Assembly (NCBI GenBank): GCA_020725645.1
Contig: DYEQ01000031.1
Location: 6,062-70,061 of the forward strand
Direction of reading: 5' to 3'
DNA: 64,000 bases
Source of the DNA: Candidatus Fermentithermobacillaceae bacterium
Lineage (GTDB): Bacteria; Bacillota; Sulfobacillia; Fermentithermobacillales; DUSS01
The notes beneath the pieces were generated by a model. The model saw only the letters and a list, made by a program, of their open reading frames with translations. It made no database searches and was not told the DNA's origin. Within the stretch, counting starts at the first letter, position 1, and every line of letters begins with the position of its first letter. A program made the translations under genes and the position numbers. Below are positions 40,442-48,315 of the stretch, one piece after another.

Positions 40442-40891
40442 TCAAACCCTCCTTTCGGGCGTCTTTTGCCCGTACCGGGGCTTCTCTTCGGCCAGTTTCT
40501 CTCCCGTGGGAAGGTAGAAGGTGAATCTCAGCTCGACCCTGGAGTCTATCTTCGGAACCAGGACGAACGCCCTCGGGGTTGTCATCGCCAGCGTTACAAA
40601 TTCCCCGGGCCTGGGAGTCCTGAAGCTGAGGATGACCCGGATCTCCCGGTCCTGAAGGAGTACGGCGTGAATCTTGACCCCGTGCCCTCCCGTAGGGCAA
40701 AGTCCTTGATGGACCGCGACCAGGTAATTCCTTTCGAAGTTCACCGCCGGTTTGTAAGAGGTTGCGCCGTAGGTGAGTTTCAGCGATTCTTCGTCGCCGA
40801 ATACCATGAACATCCTTCGCTCCAAAAGTTCGGGCCAGGGTTGGATGTCGAGATCCACCTGTAACCATTGGAGCTCTCGCGGTCCGGCCAA
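40442..40891 (-). CDS. PrcB C-terminal domain family protein
   Basis: VNFERNYLVAVHQGLCPTGGHGVKI..PGEFVTLAMTTP pattern. Confidence 0.7.
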   Translation of the reverse strand: MAGPRELQWLQVDLDIQPWPELLERRMFMVFGDEESLKLTYGATSYKPAVNFERNYLVAVHQGLCPTGGHGVKIHAVLLQDREIRVILSFRTPRPGEFVTLAMTTPRAFVLVPKIDSRVELRFTFYLPTGEKLAEEKPRYGQKTPERRV

Positions 40892-40920
40892 AGATACCTC
40901 CCCCGATACGTCTCTAAATG

Positions 40921-42237
40921 CTATTCGTCCTCGTCCGAAAGAATGCCAAGCTTCTCCCTCAGCAAGGTCCTGGCGGCACCCACCAGATAAAGAGAACCCC
41001 AGATGAGTATCGCGTCTTCGGGAGAAGCTCGACGAAGCGAAAGTTCAAGAGCGTCTTTCAAGTCTCCTGCCACCGTTACGTCGGAACAGTACTTTCGAGC
41101 TTCCTTCGCCAGCACCTCCGCATCGAGAGCTCTTTCGGACACCGGGGACGTCGCCACCACCACATTGCAGAAAGGCAACACCTGTGAAAGCACTTGCCTG
41201 TAATCCTTGTCTTTCAACATTCCCACAACGGATACGAGCTTCCGCCGGGGAATAAGCGGCAGGGAACGGACCAGTGCCGTTGCCCCTCCCGGATTGTGGG
41301 CCCCGTCCAGGATAATCAAGGGTCTTTCGGATACGACTTCGAGCCTTCCCGGCCACCTGGTGCGAGCGATCCCAGTCTTCACTGCATCCCAGGGGACTTT
41401 AACCCCCGACTCCCCCAACACTCTCGCCACCGCCACGGCCGTCGCCGCGTTTGTGGCCTGATGAGGCCCGGCTAGCGGAACAGAGATGCGCCCCAGTTCA
41501 GTCCCCCCGGCCGACACTTGAATCTCCTGACCGCGAATGGACTCAGCTTCCACCCGCCACGTTATGTCTTTTCCCACCAGCACCACCCTGCACCCTAGCT
41601 CACACGCTCTGTCCAAGATTACCGTGAGCGCCTCGAGCTCCTGCGGCGCTGCCACCACCGGAACACCGGGCTTTATGATCCCAGCTTTTTCGAAAGCTAT
41701 CTCCCCCAGGGTGTTTCCAAGCCTGTCCGTGTGGTCAAGTGACACAGGCGTTATCACCGAGACCGCTGGGGTAACAACGTTGGTTGCGTCGAACCTGCCG
41801 CCGAGGCCCACCTCGAGAGATACCCAATCGCACCCGGATTCCTCGAAATACACAAACGCCATGGCCGTCACTATTTCGAACTCGGTCGGATGAGGATATC
41901 CTAAGCTCGTCATCCTTTCAACCTGAGCTTTTACCCGAGGGACGAGCCCGGCTACCTCTTCCTTCCCGATCTTCCTGCCATCCAGGCGAATTCGTTCCCG
42001 GAAATCTTCAAGGTGGGGCGAAGTATAAGTCCCCGTTCGATACCCGGCCTCCTTGAGGATGGAGGCCACCATCGCCGTGACCGAACCCTTGCCGTTCGTG
42101 CCGGCGATATGGACGAACCGACCTGAGTCGTGTGGTCGCCCCAGGAAGTCCAGGAGTACGCTTATCCGCTCGAGGCCGAGTTGCGACCCGAACCTGTACG
42201 CCGAATGAATCCAGTTGAGCGCTTCGTCGTAGTCCAC
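40921..42237 (-). CDS. folC: Folylpolyglutamate synthase/dihydrofolate synthase
   Basis: HIAGTNGKGS, TSPHL, EVGLGGRFDATN, WPGRLE, DGAHN; follows valS. Confidence 0.96.
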   Translation of the reverse strand: MDYDEALNWIHSAYRFGSQLGLERISVLLDFLGRPHDSGRFVHIAGTNGKGSVTAMVASILKEAGYRTGTYTSPHLEDFRERIRLDGRKIGKEEVAGLVPRVKAQVERMTSLGYPHPTEFEIVTAMAFVYFEESGCDWVSLEVGLGGRFDATNVVTPAVSVITPVSLDHTDRLGNTLGEIAFEKAGIIKPGVPVVAAPQELEALTVILDRACELGCRVVLVGKDITWRVEAESIRGQEIQVSAGGTELGRISVPLAGPHQATNAATAVAVARVLGESGVKVPWDAVKTGIARTRWPGRLEVVSERPLIILDGAHNPGGATALVRSLPLIPRRKLVSVVGMLKDKDYRQVLSQVLPFCNVVVATSPVSERALDAEVLAKEARKYCSDVTVAGDLKDALELSLRRASPEDAILIWGSLYLVGAARTLLREKLGILSDEDE

Positions 42238-42312
42238 GTTCCTTGCTCCTTGTGTACAAAGCGTGCCTATCTAGATCTACTCAATTTCCAACCGGTGTCC
42301 AACCGGGACCGC

Positions 42313-45051
42313 TTAACCCACGTGCCGTCCGATACCTTGGCCGGAGCCCTGCTCATTTTGACCTTCACCAGAGGCGGGTATCTCCGCGCCCAGTGCCTTC
42401 AGACGTTCCTCCAGCCTGGCGAGCTTTGCCTGGAGATCTTCAAGCTTAGTTCTTTCCTTCTCGACCACCTCGGCAGGAGCTTTTTCCAGAAAAGCGCCGT
42501 CGGACAGTTTGGTTCGGGAGCGCTCGATCTCGGAAGAGATCGACTTCACCTGCTTACTAAGACGAGAGATCTCGTTTTCGAGGTCCACGATTCCGGCCAA
42601 GGGCAGGTAGATCTCCGCACCCGAGATGACCGCGGCCAGCGCTTGCCTGGGCCGCTCTTTGCCGAGTTCGAGAGGATTCGCCCAGGCCAGTCGCTTTATA
42701 TACGGAAGGAGCGGTTCCCACTTTGCGGGGTCGCCCACCAGTACGACTCTAGCTTCCTTACCCGTGGGGACGGAGACCTCAGCCCTGAGATTCCGGATGG
42801 CCCTCGTAGCTTCTATCATCATCGAGATGGACTCCTCAGCTTCCTCATACCTGGGGAACTCTCCTCTCGCAGGATAAGGGGCCACCATGATGCTCTCGGG
42901 CACCGCTCGATCTTCACCGCGGCCGTGGGCCAGCTCACCCGCTGCAGTGCCGGCGGGTTTAGGCAGAGCTTGCCAGATCTCCTCGGTGATGAACGGGATG
43001 AACGGGTGCAAAAGCCTCAGGGAGGTCTCCAGCGTCTTCCAGAGAATGTACCGGGTTTCTTCCGATGCCTCCAGGTCTTTCAGACTCGCTTTTGAGATTT
43101 CGATGTACCAGTCGCAGAACTCGTCCCATACGAAGGCGGTTATGATATCGATGCCTTCGCCGGGCTCGAACCTCTCCATGGCGTCGATGACCCGGTCGAT
43201 GGTATGGGAAAGTCGCGAGAGAATCCATTGACCTTCGAGGGTCCGCGGAGAAACGGGCTTGGCCGGCGGAGACCAGCCCTCGATGTTCATGAGGATGAAC
43301 CGGCCGGCATTCCACAGTTTGTTGCAGAAGTTCCGGGAGCCTTCTACCTTTTCCCAGTAGAACCTCATATCGTTCCCCATGGTCACCCCCGAGGTCAGCG
43401 ATATCCTCAGCGCGTCCGCGCCGTACTTTTCCACCACCTCGAGGGGATCGATGCCGTTCCCCAGGGACTTGGACATCTTTCGGCCCAGCGCGTCCCTGAC
43501 AAGGCCGTGGATGAGGACGTCTTTGAAAGGTTCCCTTCCCGTGAACTCCAGGGAGGAGAATATCATCCTCGCCACCCAGAAGAAGATGATGTCATAGCCA
43601 GTCACCAGTATATCCGTGGGGAAAAAGTAATCGAGGTCAGCCGTTTTCTCCGGCCAGCCCAGGGTGGAAAAAGGCCACAGGGCCGAAGAAAACCAGGTAT
43701 CAAGCACGTCTTCGTCCTGTCTGACCTCTCCTCCGCATTCGGGACAACCGGACGGCGCCTCGCGGGCCACTATCACTTTCCCGCAGTTCTGGCAGTACCA
43801 CGCCGGTATCCGGTGACCCCACCAAAGCTGCCGCGATATGCACCAGTCCCTGACGTTCTCCATCCAATTCAGATATATCTTGGTGAACCGTTCGGGCACG
43901 AATCGCACGATCCCATCTTTAACCACCTGGATGGCAGGACCCTTCAATGGCTCCATCTTCACGAACCACTGCTCGGAGATGAGCGGTTCGACGGGGGAGT
44001 CGCACCGGTGACATCTGCCCTGAGCGAACCGGTACGGCTCGGTCTTCACCAGGTAACCGCCGGCTTCAAGGTCCCTCAACACAGCTTGCCGGGCTTCGTA
44101 CCTATCAAGTCCCCGGTACTTTCCTGCTTCCTCCGTCATCTTGCCGCCGGTATCGATGACCGTCACGAAATCCAGGTTGTGCCGCCGGGCCATCTCGAAG
44201 TCATCGGAGTCATGAGAAGGAGTCACTTTGACAGCGCCGGTACCGAAGTCCGGCTTGACCGCTTCGTCGGCGATGATCGGAAGGCGCCTTCCCACCAGCG
44301 GAAGCACTGCAAACCGGCCTATCAGATGCCGGTACCTTTCATCGGCGGGATTCACGGCCACCGCGGTGTCCCCCAGCATCGTTTCGGGCCGCGTGGTGGC
44401 CACCTGGATTTCGCCGCCGCCTTCGAGGGGATACCGCAGGTACCACAGGTACCCGTCGACCTCTTCGTGTTCGACCTCGATGTCGGATATGACCGTGCGA
44501 CAGCCGGGGCAGAAGTTCACCATGTATTTACCCCTGTAAATGAGGCCCTTTTCATACAAACGCACGAAGACCTCGGTGACCGCACGGGAGCACCCTTCGT
44601 CCATGGTGAAACGCTCTCTCGACCAGTCACACGAAGCTCCCAGGCGCTTTAGCTGGTCCGTGATGATGTGCCCGTACTTCTCCTTCCAGGCCCATGCTCT
44701 TTCCAGGAACTTCTCCCGCCCCAGCTCCCATCTGGAGGTGCCCTCCTCCGCCAGCACCTCCTCGATCTTGGCATGAGTGGCTATGGACGCATGGTCGGTC
44801 CCGGGCAGCCATAGGGTTTCGTACCCTTGCATTCTCCTGTATCTAACGAACACGTCCTGAAGCGTAGTATCCAGCGCGTGGCCCATATGAAGAGCACCCG
44901 TGACGTTGGGGGGCGGTATTACGATTGAAAAACGCTTTTTACCCCGGCGGACGTGAGCTTTGAAGAAGCCCTTTTCCAGCCACCACTTGTACCACCTGGT
45001 TTCGAACTGGGCGGGATCGTATGCGGTCGGAAGCGAAGCTCTCTCGGCCAT
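42313..45051 (-). CDS. valS: Valine--tRNA ligase
   Basis: PPPNVTGALHMGH, TTRPETMLGD, WCISRQLWWGH, KMSKS and C-terminal coiled coil. ATG 45051 follows GGAGGAAGGAG. Confidence 0.98.
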   Translation of the reverse strand: MAERASLPTAYDPAQFETRWYKWWLEKGFFKAHVRRGKKRFSIVIPPPNVTGALHMGHALDTTLQDVFVRYRRMQGYETLWLPGTDHASIATHAKIEEVLAEEGTSRWELGREKFLERAWAWKEKYGHIITDQLKRLGASCDWSRERFTMDEGCSRAVTEVFVRLYEKGLIYRGKYMVNFCPGCRTVISDIEVEHEEVDGYLWYLRYPLEGGGEIQVATTRPETMLGDTAVAVNPADERYRHLIGRFAVLPLVGRRLPIIADEAVKPDFGTGAVKVTPSHDSDDFEMARRHNLDFVTVIDTGGKMTEEAGKYRGLDRYEARQAVLRDLEAGGYLVKTEPYRFAQGRCHRCDSPVEPLISEQWFVKMEPLKGPAIQVVKDGIVRFVPERFTKIYLNWMENVRDWCISRQLWWGHRIPAWYCQNCGKVIVAREAPSGCPECGGEVRQDEDVLDTWFSSALWPFSTLGWPEKTADLDYFFPTDILVTGYDIIFFWVARMIFSSLEFTGREPFKDVLIHGLVRDALGRKMSKSLGNGIDPLEVVEKYGADALRISLTSGVTMGNDMRFYWEKVEGSRNFCNKLWNAGRFILMNIEGWSPPAKPVSPRTLEGQWILSRLSHTIDRVIDAMERFEPGEGIDIITAFVWDEFCDWYIEISKASLKDLEASEETRYILWKTLETSLRLLHPFIPFITEEIWQALPKPAGTAAGELAHGRGEDRAVPESIMVAPYPARGEFPRYEEAEESISMMIEATRAIRNLRAEVSVPTGKEARVVLVGDPAKWEPLLPYIKRLAWANPLELGKERPRQALAAVISGAEIYLPLAGIVDLENEISRLSKQVKSISSEIERSRTKLSDGAFLEKAPAEVVEKERTKLEDLQAKLARLEERLKALGAEIPASGEGQNEQGSGQGIGRHVG

Positions 45052-45084
45052 CGGACTCTCTCCTTCCTCCTGAATCTTGTTTCC

Positions 45085-45580
45085 AAATAGCAAGGCCCCT
45101 TCACAAGGACGAAGGGGCCGTTTTCGCGGTACCACCCTGCTTCCGGTCGCAACCATCCGCTCCGGTCCGGCCTTACCGTCGACCGGGCACATGCGACCCG
45201 GTTCGCCAAATCTGCCGAACCATTGGCCGCAGATGTGCTCAAGTCCAAACCTTCCGCAAACAGTTCCAAACTTCCCGAATCTCTCGGGCCGGTGGCCCTT
45301 AGGCACGAACCGGACCCTTGCAACCGGCACTCTCAGCTTTAACGGGCTCTCCCGTCCGGGCTTACTCTCTCTCACAACCCCGGGGTTCTGTTCTATCCGC
45401 CCTCCCGACACTGCCCGTTTTTCCGAGGCAGAGCCCGGATGCGGCGATAAAACTACAATGACCCTGGATTTCAGCCCAGAACCTCGGGGGCGACCTTCGG
45501 CGGTCCTGCGCGGACGGAACTCGCACCAATGCGTCCCGCTCTCTGGCCGGCGTCTCCGCCTACTCCTCCCCGTCATCGGT
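45085..45580 (-). promoter_or_regulatory. T-box riboswitch (Val specifier GUC), unusually long
   Basis: Stem I GATGA.., AGTA, CAGAGA and GGTGCGA; specifier GTC at 45494-45492; stem II GAAA/AGTA S-turn; IIA/B CCGTTA; T-box AGCAGGGTGGTACCGCG; terminator GGCCCCTTC..GAAGGGGCC. Confidence 0.9.
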
Positions 45581-45596
45581 CATCTCGTTTTCTCAG

Positions 45597-45625
45597 ATTA
45601 TACACGGGGTGCGTACGACGCGCAA
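45597..45625 (-). promoter_or_regulatory. Sigma-A promoter of the valS leader
   Basis: TTGCGC-N17-TATAAT just upstream of T-box stem I. Confidence 0.65.
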
Positions 45626-45700
45626 ACAACCATAAACGTCAAAGCCGAAATCAGGTCAGCTGGCCGGCGCAACGTCTTTTTGCCCCCTCCACAGTAGCTC

Positions 45701-46135
45701 CTACTCACCGATAATCTTGACCACGACGCGCTTGGGGCGCCGGCCGTCCCATTCGCCGTAGAAAACCCGCTGCCAGGGGCCCAAGTCCATGCGTCCATTG
45801 GTGATGGGCACCAGCACCTGGTGGCCCACAGCCAGGCTGCGCAGATGCGCCGCGCCATTGTCTTCGCCGGTTTGATTGTGGAGGTAATCGTCTTTGCAGG
45901 CCGGGTGGTGATCCCAGGGTGCCACAACACCCTCCAGCCAGTCTTGGATGTCCTGCCAGAGCCCGGGCTCGTGGTCGTTCACAAATACCGACGCTGTGAT
46001 GTGCATGGCGCTGACCAGCATCAGGCCTTCCTCGACGGGACGCTCCCGCAAGAACTCTTCGAGCTGGTCTGTGATGTCGATGATCTCCTGCCGCTTGGTC
46101 GTGTTGAATGTGATGTACGTGGTGTACGATTTCAT
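45701..46135 (-). CDS. YjbQ/UPF0047 family protein
   Basis: HITASVFVNDHEPGL, Y.HN.TGEDNGAAHLR, LGPWQRVFYGEWDG; GGGAGG SD. Confidence 0.9.
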   Translation of the reverse strand: MKSYTTYITFNTTKRQEIIDITDQLEEFLRERPVEEGLMLVSAMHITASVFVNDHEPGLWQDIQDWLEGVVAPWDHHPACKDDYLHNQTGEDNGAAHLRSLAVGHQVLVPITNGRMDLGPWQRVFYGEWDGRRPKRVVVKIIGE

Positions 46136-46185
46136 GGCGCTTCCTCCCATCGGGCCCGGTTCTTGCGCCGTTGCCGGATCGCGTC

Positions 46186-46722
46186 CTAACTCCCGCATCT
46201 TGCGACATCCTCCGCCGCGATATCCATCAGAAGCAGCGGAGGGATGCCGTAGCGCGGCGAGAGTTTGACGATGCCCCGTCGTTGAAAGCCGCATTTGGTG
46301 TAGCATCTAATAGCTCGCTTATTGTCCTTGTTCACTCTCAGGAATATCTTTTTCAAGGGCAAAGCCCGGAATATGCCGTCGACGAACAGGGTCACGGCCT
46401 CCTGGCCCAGGCCCAAATCCCAGAGATTCTTCTCACCGATGACTATCCTGAGCTCCCCCGTATGTAACCTCCAGGAGATGTTTAAAAGCTCCACTTCCCC
46501 GATGAGCTCGCCGGAGAGCGTCTCTATGGCCATGCTCACTCTTGAGCCATTTCCATTGAAGTACCAATCTCTTACATCCCTCAGTCCGTCGAACTTCTTC
46601 CCGGACCATTTCACTATTTCATCATCGTTGTCCCATTTCACGAAACTTTCCAGGTCTTCCGGCCTGACGGGTCGCACGCGAACGCGGCGCCCCTCGACCG
46701 GAAAGTACTTATTCAGCTCCAA
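46186..46722 (-). CDS. GNAT N-acetyltransferase (RimJ/RimL-like)
   Basis: VRVRPVRPEDL, LIGEVEL, ELRIVIGEKNLWDLGLG, N.RAIRCYTKCGF. Start approximate (TTG after AAGGTGA). Confidence 0.85.
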   Translation of the reverse strand: MELNKYFPVEGRRVRVRPVRPEDLESFVKWDNDDEIVKWSGKKFDGLRDVRDWYFNGNGSRVSMAIETLSGELIGEVELLNISWRLHTGELRIVIGEKNLWDLGLGQEAVTLFVDGIFRALPLKKIFLRVNKDNKRAIRCYTKCGFQRRGIVKLSPRYGIPPLLLMDIAAEDVARCGS

Positions 46723-46779
46723 TTCATCGTCACCTTCTGCCGTTGTCCCTCCAGGCTTGAGCCTTGCTCTTACCTGTGC

Positions 46780-46825
46780 CTTGCGGGAGGACCATCCCGA
46801 GTCGGACTTAACCAAAACCCACAAG
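46780..46825 (-). ncRNA. Candidate riboswitch-like element upstream of the GNAT gene (possibly DUF1646/Na+ class)
   Basis: CTTGTGGG/CCCGCAAG stem enclosing TTTTGGTTAAG-TCCGACTCGGG-ATGGTCCT. The family resemblance is from memory only. Confidence 0.3.
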
Positions 46826-47016
46826 CTGTGCCCGGAAACCCGGTGCTCTTCGCCCCCGGACGGCCGGCGAGGCGGCACCGGGCCGCTCACTCCCATTTCT
46901 ATGCGATGGGATTCAAAACGAGCGCGCCAGGCGCGTGCGCTTTCGGGGTCAATGAACGGCTATTTCGATGCGCCGGGGAAGAAAACCTCTAGTGAACGGC
47001 GATGTAAATGTTGCGC

Positions 47017-47049
47017 GAAAGTGAAAGAGCTCCCTTCCGGGAGCTCTTC
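47017..47049 (-). terminator. Intrinsic terminator downstream of the ATP-grasp gene
   Basis: AAGAGCTCCC-GGAA-GGGAGCTCTT followed by TCACTTT. Confidence 0.65.
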
Positions 47050-47182
47050 GTGAAACTGCCTGCGCTCGGTCGTCAGACTATACCGAAACCGTTCCGGGTG
47101 TAACCGAGGCACCGGAACCATCGCCCGGCTACACACAGTCTGTCTTTCAACCTCGGCTATCCGGGGTCAACCCGATCCCGAC

Positions 47183-48217
47183 TCACGCTATCCGCCGTGC
47201 AAGAACCGCCTCGGAACTGAGAAGGTGTTCGAGCCCGTAGCGTTTAAGGGCACACCCGAGGATCGTGTTGACGAGTTCGACGTAACTGAAGCCACCCTTC
47301 TCAGCGATCCTGGGAAAGTCCGAAAACCCCGGCGTCAACCCGGGGAGAGGGTTAACCTCCATCACGTTGGGGACGCCGTTCCGGTCGAGCCTCATGTCGA
47401 TCCTGGCCATATCCCTGCACCCTAGAGCCCGGTACGTCCTTAACGCCAAATCCTCTATCGCCCGTTTCAACTCATCGTCGATGGGAGCAGGGCACAGGTA
47501 GAACTCGTCCTGGTACCATTCGACTTTAAACTGTCTCGAGTAGACCTTTCCGTGTTCTGCGGGACACGGGTTGAAGTTGATCTCCATGACCGGAAGCACC
47601 AGCGGGTTCGCGTTACCGAGAATTCCTACGGTAAATTCCCGACCCGGCAGAAACTCCTCGACGAGAGCGGGCTGCTTGTACATCTTAGTCAGCCGCGAAA
47701 CCTCGCGCTCCAGGTCGGCGACGCTCGATACGATGGAACTGGAACCCACACCCATGCTCGAGCCCTCGTGCAGGGGCTTGACGAAAAGGGGAAACTCCAG
47801 TCCCGTTACGTCCACCGGTTCCCCGGCGTCGAAGACTTTGAAGGGAGCGGTGGGAATGCCGTGATACGCCAGCACCTTTTTGGTAAGAGCTTTGTCGAGC
47901 GTGAGGGCAAGCGTCAGCACCCCGGAACCTGTATAGGGGATCCCGAGCATTTCCAGGATCGCGGGGATGTGACTTTCACGGGATTCACCTCTCAATCCCT
48001 CGCACATGTTGAAGACGATGTCTACCGGTTTTTCGAGGAGCCTGAGATAAGCGACGTCGTTTCCTTCGATGAGCACTACTTCGTGGCCCCCGGCTCTCAG
48101 AGCCTCGGCCACCGCCATTACCGTGGTTTCCGAATCCAGTTCGGCACCAAGGTCCGGAGGTTCCCCGTCATCCGGAGGTTCCCCCTTAAGGTTGTACATC
48201 AGGCCAACAGTGGCCAT
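47183..48217 (-). CDS. D-Ala-D-Ala ligase-like ATP-grasp enzyme (non-canonical N-terminus)
   Basis: FNMCEG, GIPYTGS, LDKALTK, FVKPLHEGSSMG, EEFLPGREFTVG, RIDMR, EVNPLPG. Lacks the GGxSxEH N-terminal motif of canonical Ddl. Confidence 0.85.
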   Translation of the reverse strand: MATVGLMYNLKGEPPDDGEPPDLGAELDSETTVMAVAEALRAGGHEVVLIEGNDVAYLRLLEKPVDIVFNMCEGLRGESRESHIPAILEMLGIPYTGSGVLTLALTLDKALTKKVLAYHGIPTAPFKVFDAGEPVDVTGLEFPLFVKPLHEGSSMGVGSSSIVSSVADLEREVSRLTKMYKQPALVEEFLPGREFTVGILGNANPLVLPVMEINFNPCPAEHGKVYSRQFKVEWYQDEFYLCPAPIDDELKRAIEDLALRTYRALGCRDMARIDMRLDRNGVPNVMEVNPLPGLTPGFSDFPRIAEKGGFSYVELVNTILGCALKRYGLEHLLSSEAVLARRIA

Positions 48218-48255
48218 GCTCCCATCGACTCCTCCTTTGATTGATGGTCAGGGGT

Positions 48256-48284
48256 ATTATGGCACGGTGCCATAAAGGGGTCAA
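48256..48284 (-). promoter_or_regulatory. Sigma-A promoter overlapped by a perfect 19-bp palindrome (operator candidate)
   Basis: TTGACC-N17-CATAAT; TTATGGCAC-N-GTGCCATAA at 48257-48275. Confidence 0.65.
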
Positions 48285-48315
48285 TGAGAATTTGGACCCA
48301 TGGCAAGCTGGCACA

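Noticed and set aside
43204-44652. Long antisense ORFs (482 aa here; also 19212-20315, 21297-22562, 52033-53094)
   Set aside because: They lie opposite well-conserved genes and have no motifs; expected shadows in high-GC coding DNA.
45052-45576. 175-aa N-terminal extension of ValS in the ORF track
   Set aside because: It overlaps the T-box leader, and a strong SD precedes ATG 45051; a chance open frame in GC-rich DNA.
47065-47126. Fluoride (crcB) or ykkC riboswitch assignment from GGCGATGG and CTGACGAC/GGTTCCG fragments
   Set aside because: The required pseudoknot pairing and downstream conserved elements are missing; left unassigned.
48259-48276. TGGCAC as a sigma-54 -24 element
   Set aside because: No TTGC -12 element at the required spacing on either strand.
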